Of a stretch of 64,000 nucleotides of DNA, positions 1 to 14,515 are shown piece after piece. How positions within the stretch are numbered: position 1 is the first letter of the stretch; each line of letters starts with the position of its first letter. The DNA is from Trichoplax adhaerens (taxonomy: Eukaryota > Animalia > Placozoa). The notes beneath the pieces were generated by a model. The model saw nothing but the letters and a program-made list of their open reading frames with translations. It searched no databases and was not told where the DNA came from. The stretch spans positions 479,701 through 543,700 of the forward strand of contig NW_002060958.1 of the NCBI RefSeq assembly GCF_000150275.1, given 5' to 3'. Made by a program: the position numbers and the translations under genes.

Positions 1-3000
1 CTAAACTTTACCAATATTTGGAATGTAATGTATAAAATGTCATGGTATGTTGCCATGAATTTTAAGGCTATACAGACGAGGTGATAATTCTAAAACATTA
101 CTGCTGCTCTTTTCAGGCCAAAATATTTTAAAATCGAGTACGTCTGTTAATTTAGCTGAATTTTATTAATACTTAGAACACAATGCAAAAAATGTGAATT
201 ATTTATTTTAAGAACAGTCTTGAAATGATTAGATACGATAAATAAAATTCGATCATTTTTCGACCTTATTTAGAGCTATGTAAACGCAGAGTTTATCGCT
301 TTATGACGTTGCTCATTAAAGGATACTAGTAATGCACAATACGATGATTATCGTCTAGAGTAATTTCTGATAACTTTTGAAATTTTAGAATAATTCTGTA
401 CCTATTTTTAGCCAATATTAGGTGGTTACACGTATAGCCATAATGCCGCAATACCTTCATATTGTAATGAATTAAATAAATATAATTCCTATTATGAGTA
501 GATGCCAACACTACCGACTTCTAGAAGAGTTAGGCAAATTAAACAGATCATAGCCAACCTTAGCAAGGCCATTACCTGCACGTTTTGCTGTATTAATATA
601 GCATCGATAAAGAAAATTCATTTGATTTCATGATTTAAATTAACCGCGTTAGGATAGAAAGTTTAAAAATTGAAAGCTATTCTATAATGACATATAGTGA
701 CAATAACTTAATCTATCACAGAAATTAAATTCATAGGGAACGGTAGTATCTAATTATAAGAATTAATTATCCATAATCCCAGCTTGTATTGTAAGTGTGA
801 TGTATGTAGAAAATAGTTAAAAATAAAAAGTGGGTATATAACAAGCTAATGATCACAGTAATCGAATTTTGATTTATATTACCGGTATATTATGACTTTA
901 ATTGCAGTTATTACAGGAAATAAGTTGATCTTCCACAGTTAACTACAGAATAATAAAATGGCATATGGAAGAATTTTAAGGAAGAGGAGATAAAAGTTAC
1001 TCTTGAAATTTGAGAATTGTTTGCACAATTGTAAAAGACGAAATTATTTAAATTATAACTGAAAATTATCATTTCCATAATAGATTCTAGGAGAAGCTTT
1101 TACAAGCTTTTAATAATTTCTAAATATCTCACGATAATTATATTAGGTATGGTCATGTTATGTTTCTCACTAACAATTCAGTTTATAATTTGGACCATTT
1201 ACATTAAATTAGGAGTAACTTTGCGTATGATAGATATTCTGCGTATCCGAAAAAAATTATTACATATACATGTATTGCATGTCTTATTAAATATTGAGCA
1301 TTGAGGATACCTCAAAACGATATAAATCAAGGAATAAAGGTATCAATATGCATCTAACGCATAGGGATAAATTACGAACTACAAGGCCATTCATAGCAAA
1401 AGTTTTGAGATTCCGACTAAAGCAGTGTATGCCCACAATACTTTTTATCACCTGAAAGCTTTTATATTAGATATATACAGTACATATATATATAAAATTT
1501 TGATTATTAATAAGAAACGACTATCTTTGGATACTGAATGTGTATTTATTAATTAATATGCACTAGGTTTCTATCAATATAGATACCTATACGTCAATTA
1601 TAATAACGAATGTTATCGGATACAGCAGCTTTAAGCAGAGAAATTTTAAGACTTCAACGGTAGTTCTCGGATACCATTGCTGCAGAATTGTATTGCTCGA
1701 TAATTTATATTTCAACAGTCTACTTTGAATGAGGAAGCACAGAGTGATATATGCTAACGATAGCACGATGACTATAGTAGAAACGGAAGGAAATAGCACA
1801 TCGATTCCGGCTTAAGAAATTTGCTTATGTTTTATGAATTTGCTCTTTGATTCTAGCTAGAATCATCTAGAAGCCTAATAATGCAGGCTTATTAATACCT
1901 GTTTGCAGTAATTATAACTTTGAGTTTTATAATAAATATATAATTACACCATTTCTATGGCGTTCATACTAAACTATAATGATTTTGAATGAAAAGTTAA
2001 TTGACATTGTATAGAGTTAAACTTCAATAGCTTTGATAATCGCTCTACTAGGCTTAAATTTAAAGTTGAATATATGTATATGTTCTGTAAGTGATCCCGA
2101 AAAATCCCAATACAATCGCTATAAGCAGCAATGGAGAGTACGTATCGTGACCACTCGAAAATACTATAATTGTTAATGCTCCACTTTATAATGCTGTAAA
2201 TTCGCCGATGCTATTGAGTAGTCCATAAATCTGTTAGTCCTGTGGATTTAAATATCATCTAGAAAATTTGGAATGGCAACCGTAGTTGAAATTTAACTAA
2301 TAGCAGATGCATATTACTACTCATGGCATTAATGTGGTATCATGATAATTTTACGGACAACTTGCTATTGATCATTAGTTGGATCAAGATAGGTAATCCA
2401 ACAAAAGTATTTACTTCGTTACCATAGTAGCATTAATTAGATTGTAATTGCATTCAATGATTAATTTCCAGTAGGTCATAAATTCATCTATTTGGTCCAA
2501 TGAGAACATCAATACTTTTCATTTCAAAGATAATGCTTTCTTGTATGCTTTTCCAGTAGAAATTATACTTCCGTTAGTCATTTTAAATAAGAAAATAATT
2601 AAAGCCAAACTGTCATCCATTTTCCGATTTTGGATAAGCGCGTTTTATAATCATTTATTCGGTCCTTTATCAGAAACTTTCTCGAGACAGCTATCAATTT
2701 ATCAATTATACATAATAATTTTTGGCTAATTTATAACTAAATATCAATAGCCAATTCCAATACAGATGCAACAAAGATACGTAGTATTGTTCCATTCTCG
2801 CTATTAACGCTGCCTTTGTATCTTACTATTCGTGCTTTGGCCTAAGCAAAAATTTTCTCCTTTTTAGGGAACTGATACAAGAATTTTGATTTCATTCTAG
2901 TATCGTCGTTAACAATTTAATCGATTTTGCATCAGTACAGACAGAACGCCGATGTCCATATTAAGTCAAGGAAACTGAAATATTTTATGAATTTCTAGCA

Positions 3001-4041
3001 ATGTCTGGCATCAATTTATATTCATTTGTCAATACTTCAGTTATGAACCACAGCGATATCACCTTAAGCATCTTTCCATTTTCATCTTCTATTGCATTTA
3101 TAGCAATCACTACTAATATATTTGTAGTTGTGCTTATTTTAAGTCAGCGGCATCTAAGGACATCTTGTAACGCTCTTATATGCAGCAGTTGTATAAGTGC
3201 TTCCATGGCCGCAATGACTGAGGTTTTGGCTGGATCGGTGTCCAATTTTGTCGTCAATCCGATTAAAACAACATTACTCCAATGCGTACTTAGCATTCCA
3301 CTTCGAACTACCATGTTTTGTATCTTTACTTTACATGTAACCATGTTAAGTCTGGAACGATTTTATTCGGTCATTTATCCCTTTAAATATCGTCGCTTTG
3401 TGAACAAGAAAAATGCCACTATCGTGTTATTTCTTACGTGGGCAGTTCCTTTATTTTTTGTCGTTTTACTGATTGAATTTATCTCCTATCTTCAATTTGG
3501 ATACTGTTTCCCATGGAGTAATATGGGAATATTTGCTCTGGTTCTTGTCTATATTTTACCTCCATTGACATTTTTCTTACCTCCTCTGGTTACCTTTTTC
3601 GTTTATCTTAAAATATTACGTCAAATCGATGCCTTAGAGCGTAAAATTTGGTCCGTATCATGTCAAAAAGAAGAAACCTGTAGATGGACAAGCTATCGGC
3701 ACATGTTGCGCCATCGAAAAGTCTTATTTCAGATGTTTACCATCTTAGCAGTTTATTCGTTAGCATTTATTCCTTGTATCGTTGTTTACTTGGTTTATTT
3801 TACACATTATGATACTTCCCTTTTACTGCCAATTTTAATAACTTACTTAATGGCGACGTCTTACCTTTTTATTCATCCTGTCTTGGCTATAATATTTACT
3901 GCCGCAATTAAAAGTGAATTTAAGAAGAAATTTGGTCGTCATTACTGGCTATCTGCAGGCCGTTCTTTTTGTCGATGCCATCGTTATTGGGTAAAAAATA
4001 ATGCAATTCGTAGTAAAAATACTCTAGAGACAATAGGTTGA
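3001..4041 (+). CDS. Single-exon rhodopsin-class (class A) orphan GPCR, 346 aa
   Basis: Intact ORF with seven hydrophobic segments, TM3 motif SLERFYSVIYPFKYRR (DRY-like ERF), TM4 Trp (LTWAVP), TM5 FFLPP..Y and TM7 IHP. Confidence 0.92.
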   Translation: MSGINLYSFVNTSVMNHSDITLSIFPFSSSIAFIAITTNIFVVVLILSQRHLRTSCNALICSSCISASMAAMTEVLAGSVSNFVVNPIKTTLLQCVLSIPLRTTMFCIFTLHVTMLSLERFYSVIYPFKYRRFVNKKNATIVLFLTWAVPLFFVVLLIEFISYLQFGYCFPWSNMGIFALVLVYILPPLTFFLPPLVTFFVYLKILRQIDALERKIWSVSCQKEETCRWTSYRHMLRHRKVLFQMFTILAVYSLAFIPCIVVYLVYFTHYDTSLLLPILITYLMATSYLFIHPVLAIIFTAAIKSEFKKKFGRHYWLSAGRSFCRCHRYWVKNNAIRSKNTLETIG

Positions 4042-7000
4042 GCTATAGCTCTAAAGACATTCGTCATGGCTACCGAATTGGGTATTTACAACTGGATTCA
4101 CTTCAAACTATATCAAGGTACAACCTATGTAATGTAATCCGACTAATTTTAAGTTGGATTTTAGCCTATTGGTCAGAATCGATCAGAACATTCAAGAGCT
4201 GCTGTAGTTAATATCACGATGGGTTGAAATAGTTATACCGCCTAACAGTTATCGGAAAGTCTATTTAGTCATCCTAGGATGATATTTATTAAAGCTTAAT
4301 AGTCGAATTTTGAACCTTCGACTTCATTCATGCACTCGTATTCAATTTGTCAAGACTGACAGCAAAATTTTACCCATGAAATTATGAAATAACCAGAAAT
4401 TAGCATATTATGCGCATCAAGATAGCCGTATAAACATCATATCAAAGCCAACCTTCGATAATATAGATATATATGCTGTTTAAATAAAGTTTGCTATAAT
4501 TGTTTACTAGTGCGATAAACTCTAAAGTTTATCTATTTTTCGATATTTAAAACATGAATATCATTCAATTCGTGCCTAAAATTTTAAAATAATCAAAAAA
4601 TTGATATATTTTTAAAGGCGAATTGCTATGTTTTGGTCCTTATTATATCGCTCTTCGATCATATCGCTTGTCAAGATGAGGTATAATGGCTAAAATTAAT
4701 ATCACCTTGTCATTACTTTGAACTTAGAAAATGGCCAATGGAGCAAATTCACATTTAAGGCTTGTTACTCTACAACATAATAATCCAAAAGTATACGATC
4801 TCATTCAAACACAGAAGTTATCTATTACGAACAGAACATGGTTATTTATTTATTGTTGGGGAGACATTGCACTATAATTGCGTGATTTAAAGCTTATGGA
4901 TTCTATTTTTTTAAATTCCAGTAGCTTACATCTTGACATTTCTTGGAGATTGATAGCACTGATATTTCATGAAATTAAAACATCAAGGAGCTTAATCCAA
5001 AATTAAGAAGGCATTTAGTTTGTTAGTATTCGTATTATCGTTTTCGGATTCCGTTCTTTTAATTCGAGTAGCTTGTATGCTCTAGCATTTCAAAAACTTG
5101 AAAGAGTTTAATCCAAAATCATGTACGCATTTGATTTGTAGGCTTTCATATTGTCGTTTACAATCATATTTCCTTTTTATTTCATCGCCATCCAATTTTA
5201 AATTTAAAAGATTTATTCTTTAATCATGGTGCAGTGATAATATACCCAAATTTTTGAAGACTTACGATTCTGATGCTTCATAAAATTTGCGGAGCTAATA
5301 ACGGTTAATTAAATAAACCTGCAGTTACTGTTTCTACGCTGTTATTTTATACTGTAATATACTGCGATTCCATGTTACCGTTTGGAACTGAAGACCAGCT
5401 ATTTCATGAAAAGCATTCATGCATACATAATTTTCAGGTATAAAATACCGATATAGTAAAGCAAAATTGAATCTGTCATCTTGTTTATGGCCAGACGGAC
5501 TTATTGCATCTTATTACACATTTCATGTATTCAATCTCGGATAACAATTCATGCAATTTATTTCTTGTATTAAACCTTACTCGTTTCTTACGGTAGACTT
5601 ATCATATCGATTCTTACAATATGTTAAGGATCAACCTCCTGTATCTAAAGCTTATTTTAATCATGGCAAACAATTTTCTAAAATATATGGTAGTAGCGAT
5701 CAATTACTTTAGTAGAGAAATCAATCTTTATGACTCAAAATTAATATTTCAATATAGAATAGAAGGTGTATACCATGTAATAGCTTCAAAACTTTTTCAT
5801 TAAATACAATACATAAACAAGATTTTATTTACAAACAAACTTAAATGGCTAAAGGTAAGCTTTCTAAAGCAAATTATATGTTGTTGTCATTTTTTATATG
5901 AGAGGCTGACATTGGCTAAGATTAAAATCATCAATTACTAGACTTCTTCGCTTCCAATGTGAATTTTGTATAAGGTATCAATGGATAAACGTTTCCTATT
6001 ATTTCGAAATACTAATTAATCGAAAGTCCTAGGTTAAATTGTTTATATTTTATTGAATAGCTCATCTCAATTTATTGCCTTCTCGAATAAATAAGATGAT
6101 GCATACAATGTGACTACTATAATAAATACTATAACAGCTTGACTTTTTAGAATGTTTTTGTCTAGGAAAGCTTTTGTATAACGGTAGTTTACAAATGAAA
6201 TACTTGACGTGATTTAATTTGATCCTCAATCAGTAAAATTTGTCAATCAATAATTTTTGTTTTGAATGTCATGTCATATAGCTATGGCGTATTTACAAAG
6301 CATGTAAAATCATTTGATCTATAATCTATTTTGTATTTTTCCACTATGCACGTATATCGTAGTTTCTTAGCTATACAAGCCAATTTTTACTTCTTTTAAT
6401 TCATGCATTTCTTAGCTATTTCATAGAAAGCGATTAATACATCTTTCATCATCAAAAATATATGCGTGATATATTGAGCCGCTTTAATCATACTTATTAT
6501 TGTATCAATCTTTCATCGCTTTCCACTTAGTATTTATAATAAGATTTTGAAAACGACATTGATAATCTACTCTTTATTTTAACAATAATATGCTTAAGCA
6601 TTCGAGTTATGTCGATTTTCATCATTTTGGTGTCTTACAAAGGTTGGATTGAATATCAGATTTTCAAATACGACGACCATCTGAAATTTCGTACTGACCC
6701 AAATAAGAAAAACTATTCTTTAAATGAACGCTTTGTATAGTAAATTCGAATAAATTTTTAAGCATGCTATTATTTGTTCCAGATTTGCACTGGGATCTAA
6801 GTTGATGTCAAATCATTACTGCTAGCCCTTCTGAGATCATACTGAGTAAGGAATTTAATGTCGTAAAGAGCTTACATTGACGTATACTTACCTAGACAGA
6901 TTTTAGTAACAAAATCATAAATGATGTTTACTTATGATGAGGTTTAACGCAGTAATTTAAATTACTTGAGAGAGGGTAGTAACTTATTAAGTTATTTAAA

Positions 7001-10000
7001 AATAGTAGTAGGGCAATTAATACTGCAAGTAAACAGAATCCTGGCGGACAGAATAATTGAAATCAGCTACGCTAATATTTCGTGAACAGTTGACTAGATT
7101 CTCTAACTATCCTATGATACAAAAATAGAAGCTTAGAGTATATAAATTCTAATCCAAGAAAATTCATAGGAAAGATTTAATACGCGATAGGTAAATTATC
7201 GCCATTATTAGAATTTTTTGTCTGGATGAACAGAAACTGATGTCACTGCATGTCCTTTAATATCTTGCTAAGATTACAATCATCGACCGATCGGGATCAT
7301 ATGTACTTAAAATACTTCACGCTCAAAAATGGTGTCAGATTTTACCAGATATTCGATATTCCACACGCCACTTTGTTTAGATTACCCAAATTTAAAAAAA
7401 ATTAGTGTCAAAATCACCAATCACAATGCTTCCTTAAATTTCGATGACAACGATTATGGAAAATTAAAGCTTTTCTTATTTACTCGGTCTACTATGCTAT
7501 ACTTGAAAAATTGTAAGGTATCTTTATTGATAAAAAAATTTCGTTTAAGTATTTTTATTTACTTCAAATCTTGCGGAAATAAATTATATCATATAGGCTT
7601 TGAACATGCAATGATTTTGACATTAAACGTGCGTTTTGAAAACATGGTTGAGAGCTTAGTAATAGTGCGTAGTACAGCCGTGTAATGTAGAATAGATAGT
7701 TAAAGCTTTTAAAGTAATTACACATTAGCGCTCGAAGTTATTCATGACCTGAAATAATTTCTCTTAATTTTCTAAATGGGTCATGACATAATTAGTTTTA
7801 ATCTTACTTTAAATGAGGCTAACATTATTTTCGGTCAGTTATCAAAACAATGACTCGCATGTTGGCATATTTCATGATGGAAATCAGAAATTATTAATTA
7901 AATCGCTATTAGAGATTCACCTCTTCTTTATAAGCTTGATAATTTGGCAGCATACCTTCGGATATTTAATACAAACTATAAAAGAATAGCTTATTCTTTA
8001 AACTTCATTTTAGGTTGGCAACAAGAAATCATCCGTGGTTTTCAAATGTATGAAGTGCAATTCAATTTTACTAAAATGTAGTTTCCAAAGCTATGCAGTT
8101 GTAAAAGACACTAAAGCTCTTTACACTTATATGCTTTCTCTATTTTCATTATTAAAAAGAGCGAAAGTTCGTCGTTATTCATTAGTAACTATAGTTACGA
8201 AACAGGAGATCATGCTTGAATATCGTGTCGCAGTTATGCTGATTATTAGATAACTGATTAAGCGGAAATAGCGTTTCCATCAAACTTCCTCAGGAAAACA
8301 TCTGCGTCTCACAAATAAATATATAATATAGAATTAATTAGATACCAGCAGATTTAATCAGAATTTAGCGTTATCATTACCAAGGGCATGAGAGACAATT
8401 ATGCACAGGCGTGTTATTAATTCTTAACTTACATCGTACAGTATGTTAGTTTGCATATCATAACTAATCATTACTACTATAAACTCCGAACCTTAGACTT
8501 GATAGTAAAAGGTGTGGTAGAATTAGGCTGCTGGGAAAAGAAACTCTAAAAAAATTACTAGTTTAATTATGTGGCCTAATAATGACGAGTACCTTGCAAT
8601 ATATGGGCTATACTGTTGGTACAGAATCTGTTACTTACTTTCTGTTCAACAACTTATTAGTTTAAATTAACCAGCGATGCATAGCAATAGCAAATGTCCT
8701 AAAATTTTAAACTATCTTGAATATTTTACCGTAATAATAATAGTATAAATTGATCTAATTAGAAAAGAAACATCCTATTTGCTTATCTAAATAAAAGGAT
8801 GTAGCAATATCTTCAGGATGATAACAAGTATATAGCGTGTTCAAATTAATTACTAGTGGTTATGCCTTTTCAACTATTACTATCCTATGATTTAGAATAT
8901 TATATTTTAATTAATTTCTATGCTACTACCGAAACACTATTATCAAGAAATGACAATTCTTTTATTTATTTGAATTGCAAATATCTATAGCTCACTACAC
9001 AATACCATAACTCAATTTAATTTCAACCGTTGCGTTAATAGAATTATTAAACAATGTAATTTTAACTAATTATGGTATTTTATTCACATGAACTATAATG
9101 GAAGCTGTATCTGCATTAATTTAATCGTAATTAGTTATGAGCGTAACATTTAATAATATTCAAGGTATCCACTGTCCAATTTACCGTAGATCAGAAAAAG
9201 TTAGATTCGGTATTCGTAGATAATAACGGCTGTTACTTCAGATATAAAAGACTTTTAAAATATTTATTTTACTTTTGGTTAGTAATTTATCAGGTGGTCT
9301 ATCCTGTTATTTATTTGTTCACATTCGTGACTTGACTGTAGTAATGTAGAAAGACTAAATGTCATACTGGAAGGTTGGCAGAGAGAAAGTACAATTCAGA
9401 TTGCAGTATAATTATTCTTATATACGATGATACCGTATATCGTCGATATCTTTTAGGACTGAACGTAATTTAGTGCTAGGGATTCGCCAATGCAGGTATC
9501 CGTATAAAGGGAGAAATTCGGTCTCATTTCCTTAGAAAGTACATGAAGAACGGTAATGCTGGTACGTTAAGATAACCGTAACTGCCGTAAATTCGATTTA
9601 AATTGCTTTACTTTATTAATTACATTAAAGTATACTGATAAGTGGATATAAATTGCTTTTTCTTAGATTGTATGCCATTTCGAAATTTTATGTATTTTTC
9701 TGACACGATTAAATTGAATATCTTCTAACTAATTCTGTACTTGTAGTTTTTTGACTGTTATAGTTAGTTATAAAATTAATCGATACATATATGCAAAAAG
9801 TACTGACTAACTTAAATCCTGTAACACTTACTGCATGAATAGTATCGAATCGCGTACCTATATCAACATGTTTTTGTAATTTATGGCATGCGAGTATTTG
9901 TCGTATTTGTAGCAGTTGTATCGGTTATGCCCGATCGGCTTGCTGTATTTTGATGAGTGACTGGAATAACTTGGATTTTTCATCTTTCAAATTGCTAAAC

Positions 10001-12664
10001 TTACTTGCGGCCAAGAAGTGGCATATATAGAAAAATTAGTATCTAGTATATTTTTCGTAAATTAACCTTACAGATATAAAAAACCTTCTATTACGCATTA
10101 AAATTTTTGCATATTATCTACCGTGATTATAGATAGAGCTTTTTTTCGTAATATTATTAAAAGTAGTTTTAATTAGTGTTGGCATAGCTGATGCTTATAT
10201 ATGACATCAAATCGAGCAAAATTCATTCTCTATACTTTAACTACAGCAAGAGAAAGTGCACCATGATTGTAACATCCTGATGATCAGCTTTTAATAAGTA
10301 TTTAAGTTTTACGGTAGACCTTACGCAAGTATGACGTGGGCATAATTTTGAAAACAATTATAACACAATCCATTTGCTTAACTGATCTGCCGTTTCATTA
10401 TAAACGTAAAATAAGTGCCAAAGGGCACTTTTATACCCTTTAATGGTATTTGAGATATTGTAAATGTCAATCTTAAATATAGAGATGTAAAATTATCTCT
10501 ATGGTCATAAATTATCACAATATTAGAGGGTAGGACGCTAAGTTGTGGCTACTAGGAAACAACCACATGGCGTTGCTGGAGGTCTCCCAATCTTTACTGT
10601 ATGGGTAAATTACCGTACAGAATAATCTTCTCTTTTTGGATACTGTGTATATCTATGTTGTAACTTTAACGAAAATGTAGTTACATGCCCAATCGATGAT
10701 TTAACAGTGTTTTACAATTTAGATATACTACTGCATATCTTACAATAATTTAATACCACAATTACTAGCGATTTTCACATGATCCATAGTAGTCAGTACT
10801 CTTACACATACTCTTTTGTCTAATCTATTGATTTATTCTGAAACTATAAAGCGAAAATATTGCTAATATGGAATAGCGATAACCAAACTATGGGTAACAA
10901 TATATAGAAACCAGAGATTTTATAAATGTACTAAGACTAAGAATAGTCTCCTAATTAAAATCATTTACTAAAGTTATATTATGTTCACATTGGAGACGCT
11001 ATTGGTTTTAACAGTAAACTGTTAGCTACCAGCTATATAATATGCCCATTTGCTAACTTAAATACCTTTACCTTTACATTTATTAATAAAACTATAATAC
11101 GATCAAGTTGGTTTAAACCAGGTAGCTAACAGAAATCGAAATTAGGAAATGAAACTTTCGGTACTGATAAATTAAGCTTATTGAGAAAGCTCTGGATTAG
11201 GTCTATACGATTCAAATTGATTTTATCGGCCGTGAAAGTGAAAAAGTATCTCATCTACTACAACCTTTAATTAGAAAAATTACCTGAAAATGTAAATAAT
11301 TTTACATGTTATAAATCATACGAATTATATGTGTTTACTTTCAAAAGATTAATGATTAAATGATACATATCTCTTAATAAATTGAATTTATTACGATACG
11401 TAATTGATTTAAGAAAAATAGCTTCGTGCAGTTTAGACTCCATCTGATTTATTAATTATTTCTATCTTTAATAGTTACTATCGTAGAATCTAATTTACTG
11501 CTTTTTCCTTCAAATCTACCGGGCGTATTACCGTTCATTAATAAGAGATATAATTGCTTCGGTGACGTAATAGTAATTAATGATATTGATAATAATAATA
11601 AATAGGAAAAATTTTTTATGCATTTATTTATTGCAAAATATGTAATATCGAACGGTAAATATGCATGAAAAATTTTTCTCACTAATGAGACAATGATGTA
11701 TTATCTATAAAATCTAAAATTGCAGCTCTTTAAAATTTCATTTAAGAATTGGCTACAATCGACAATAAAAACTTGTGTAACAGAAAAAAGTAAATGATGC
11801 TGCCTAGTTACCCTTTCACGCAATAAAGCTTGTTTAAATATTAGTAAAATGATATGTAGCTGATATACTAGAGATCATTGCTACGCTAATACTTCGTGAT
11901 ATATGGCTTATAAACTAGAGGTCATTGCTATACTACTAATTTGACTAAAATACCTTAATAATATCATTATCGTACCAGATTGGGCCATAACAAAATATGT
12001 AAAGTTTGAGGATATACCGGTAGGGAGTAATCCTAAATTGAATCTATATTCGTATAAACGTTCATTTACGAGACAATTGACGTGTTAGAGCGATAAGAAA
12101 TATAGAACTTAATGCAATCGCATCGAACAATATCTGTAAATCGAAATATTTTTAGATCATAAGTCTATTTTTTTACCCAGGCTAATGTCAAATTTGGGTA
12201 CATTTTAGCAATTATGTTCATATCACAGTTTCAATACTTTCGTTATATGTAAATACGGTACTAATATAGCATTAAACGTAATAAGTTCGACAAGGTTTCG
12301 TCATATTCATATCGTAGCTATTGCGATGAAATCGATTTAATTCTAATGACGTGCATCATATATTGCCATTCAACATAATGCAATTCTTAGGCACCTTGAT
12401 CGAGTATCGAAGGTTTGTTAGGGTGCGGTAATAATTTTTAGTCCACAATTTGTTAAGCTCTTAAAAACCTATTTAGAACCAGTTTGTAATAAAAAGAGTT
12501 AACCTGTGTCAACTAATTTATTTCTAGAAGATTGGTTCTAAACTAAATTGCTTCCAGCTATCGAAATTGATAATAGCCTAAAAGCCTCTTTTAAGCCGTG
12601 TGGATCTTGCCTGATTTGAACGCTTTTTCTAAAATTAATTATTTTCTATTCTTGATTGGCGAAG

Positions 12665-13615
12665 ATGCTTTATTTAAAATATAACAGCACTTCCTATAGG
12701 ATAGAATACATTAGTAAAGAATTTAACATCTTATCCGTTACATTTTCAATTACTGCAATTGTTAGTAATATAATAATTATTATTTTACTATTAAGTCGAC
12801 CCTCTCTAAAAGTTCCAAGCTGGGCAATTACGTGTAGCTCTTGCTTTGCAGGCATTTTACTTGCAATGTCACACGTAGCTAGTGGCTCAACAACTATCTT
12901 CACTGCTGGTCCCTTACAATCTATTCTAGTAGGATGCATTTTTGATGCAATAATGCATTTAACTGCTGAAGCTATCTATAATATCCATATTGCATTTCTT
13001 AGCCTAGAGAGATTTTATGCAGTCATTTATCCATTTAAATATCGACGTATAGCATCGAAGGCGAACATTGCCAAACTTTTACTGGCAGTTTGGATTCTGC
13101 CTATTCTTTTTCTTCTGCTTCCAGTTAAGATTGCTGCGTATGTATATTGTAAATGCTGCCTCAATTGGTTTCGAATTCCAGTGATTAGAACGATTATGCT
13201 GTATTGTGCCGTGCCAATTCTCTACTTCCTACCGCCTGTTATTACAGTCTTAGTTTACGCTATTATTTTATGGCAACTTCATCGGAAAATTAATAGTCAT
13301 GTATCTCCTGATTGCGCCCACTCTCATAAGCGAAAGATTAAATCTTACATACAAAATAGAAAGGCTATAATTCAAGCATTTATAATTGTATGTTTTTACG
13401 CTTTAACTTTTATTCCGGTTGTAATTTTCGCTTATATTATAACTTCTAAAAATTATTACCGACTGATGATTCCCTTTTTTACGAGTTCATTGATGATAAT
13501 TGTATTCTTAAACATACATCCAATATTCATCATTTGTTTTAATGCGTCCTTGAAGGCAGAAGCGAAAACTAAATTTCAACATTGGTTTATACCTTGCCAA
13601 ATCAATACCTCTTAA
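12665..13615 (+). CDS. Single-exon rhodopsin-class orphan GPCR, paralogue of 3001-4041
   Basis: First ATG is at 12665 (the ORF track starts at an upstream TTG). SLERFYAVIYPFKYRR, AVWILP, YFLPP and NIHP align with GPCR1. Confidence 0.92.
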   Translation: MLYLKYNSTSYRIEYISKEFNILSVTFSITAIVSNIIIIILLLSRPSLKVPSWAITCSSCFAGILLAMSHVASGSTTIFTAGPLQSILVGCIFDAIMHLTAEAIYNIHIAFLSLERFYAVIYPFKYRRIASKANIAKLLLAVWILPILFLLLPVKIAAYVYCKCCLNWFRIPVIRTIMLYCAVPILYFLPPVITVLVYAIILWQLHRKINSHVSPDCAHSHKRKIKSYIQNRKAIIQAFIIVCFYALTFIPVVIFAYIITSKNYYRLMIPFFTSSLMIIVFLNIHPIFIICFNASLKAEAKTKFQHWFIPCQINTS

Positions 13616-14515
13616 GCTACTGGTTGCTAATTTGCTTTTATGACTTTCTTTACAGAGCACATTATTGCCTAACAAACAGTTGAGCCCTATCGTAGTAAAT
13701 ATAAATTCCCTAAATGATATCGGAATAGCGTATCGTCTTTATTTACAACAATTGTATTTTATCATATTACTATAAAAAATATCGCGATCAGAGATATGTA
13801 ACCTTATAAAATGGAGCTAATACTGTATAAAATGATTAATAAAGATAACACGACATCTAAAATTTCAGAATAGGATGGCTTTTACCTTAAATATATACAA
13901 TATTGATGGTAAAAGAAGTAGTATAGGAACTGATGACAATCTTTGTTGAAATCAAACCAGCGAACAAACAGGATGTTAAGGTTATGAACTTTTAGTAGAT
14001 AATGCGTATTTAAATTTCGTAGTCACTAGCTAAATAGCAAGTTTATTGCTATCATTGTATAAATTGGTGTATATTACTGGTCAGCCATTAGCTTCACGAC
14101 GAATTATTTGTAGATTATTCTTACTGCAAGTAAAATGCTATACCGGCAAGAAAACATCAAATCTGAACAGAAGAATATAAAGATACAAAAGCAGCGATAT
14201 TCAGTATACAAAAATATTTTTAATTCTTATTAGTTGCCTAATATTATATCTAATTATAGATTACAAACAGTTCAAAATTTCACTTTTAGAATCCATGTGT
14301 TCTCAAAGTGATCCTTTATTCCACCGTAGCATATTGTATAATAATAAATATATTGCATACCTCATACAAGGTTCATAACTATGCGATCTATATTATAATA
14401 TACAGCTGTTATCAATTTTTGACAGCGTAAATTTTGTAATATTCAGTATTATTGTGAAATCCAATACAGGTTAAATAGCAAGATCACAAACTGAAATTAC
14501 TGACGTAGCTATGGC

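Noticed and set aside
1587-1799. Hydrophobic 70-aa minus-strand ORF vaguely like GPCR TM1
   Set aside because: No TM1 Asn, no ERF/DRY motif and no further TM segments found; insufficient to call a pseudogene.
7329-7685. 118-aa ORF between the GPCRs
   Set aside because: AT-rich codon noise with no motif or supporting exon structure.
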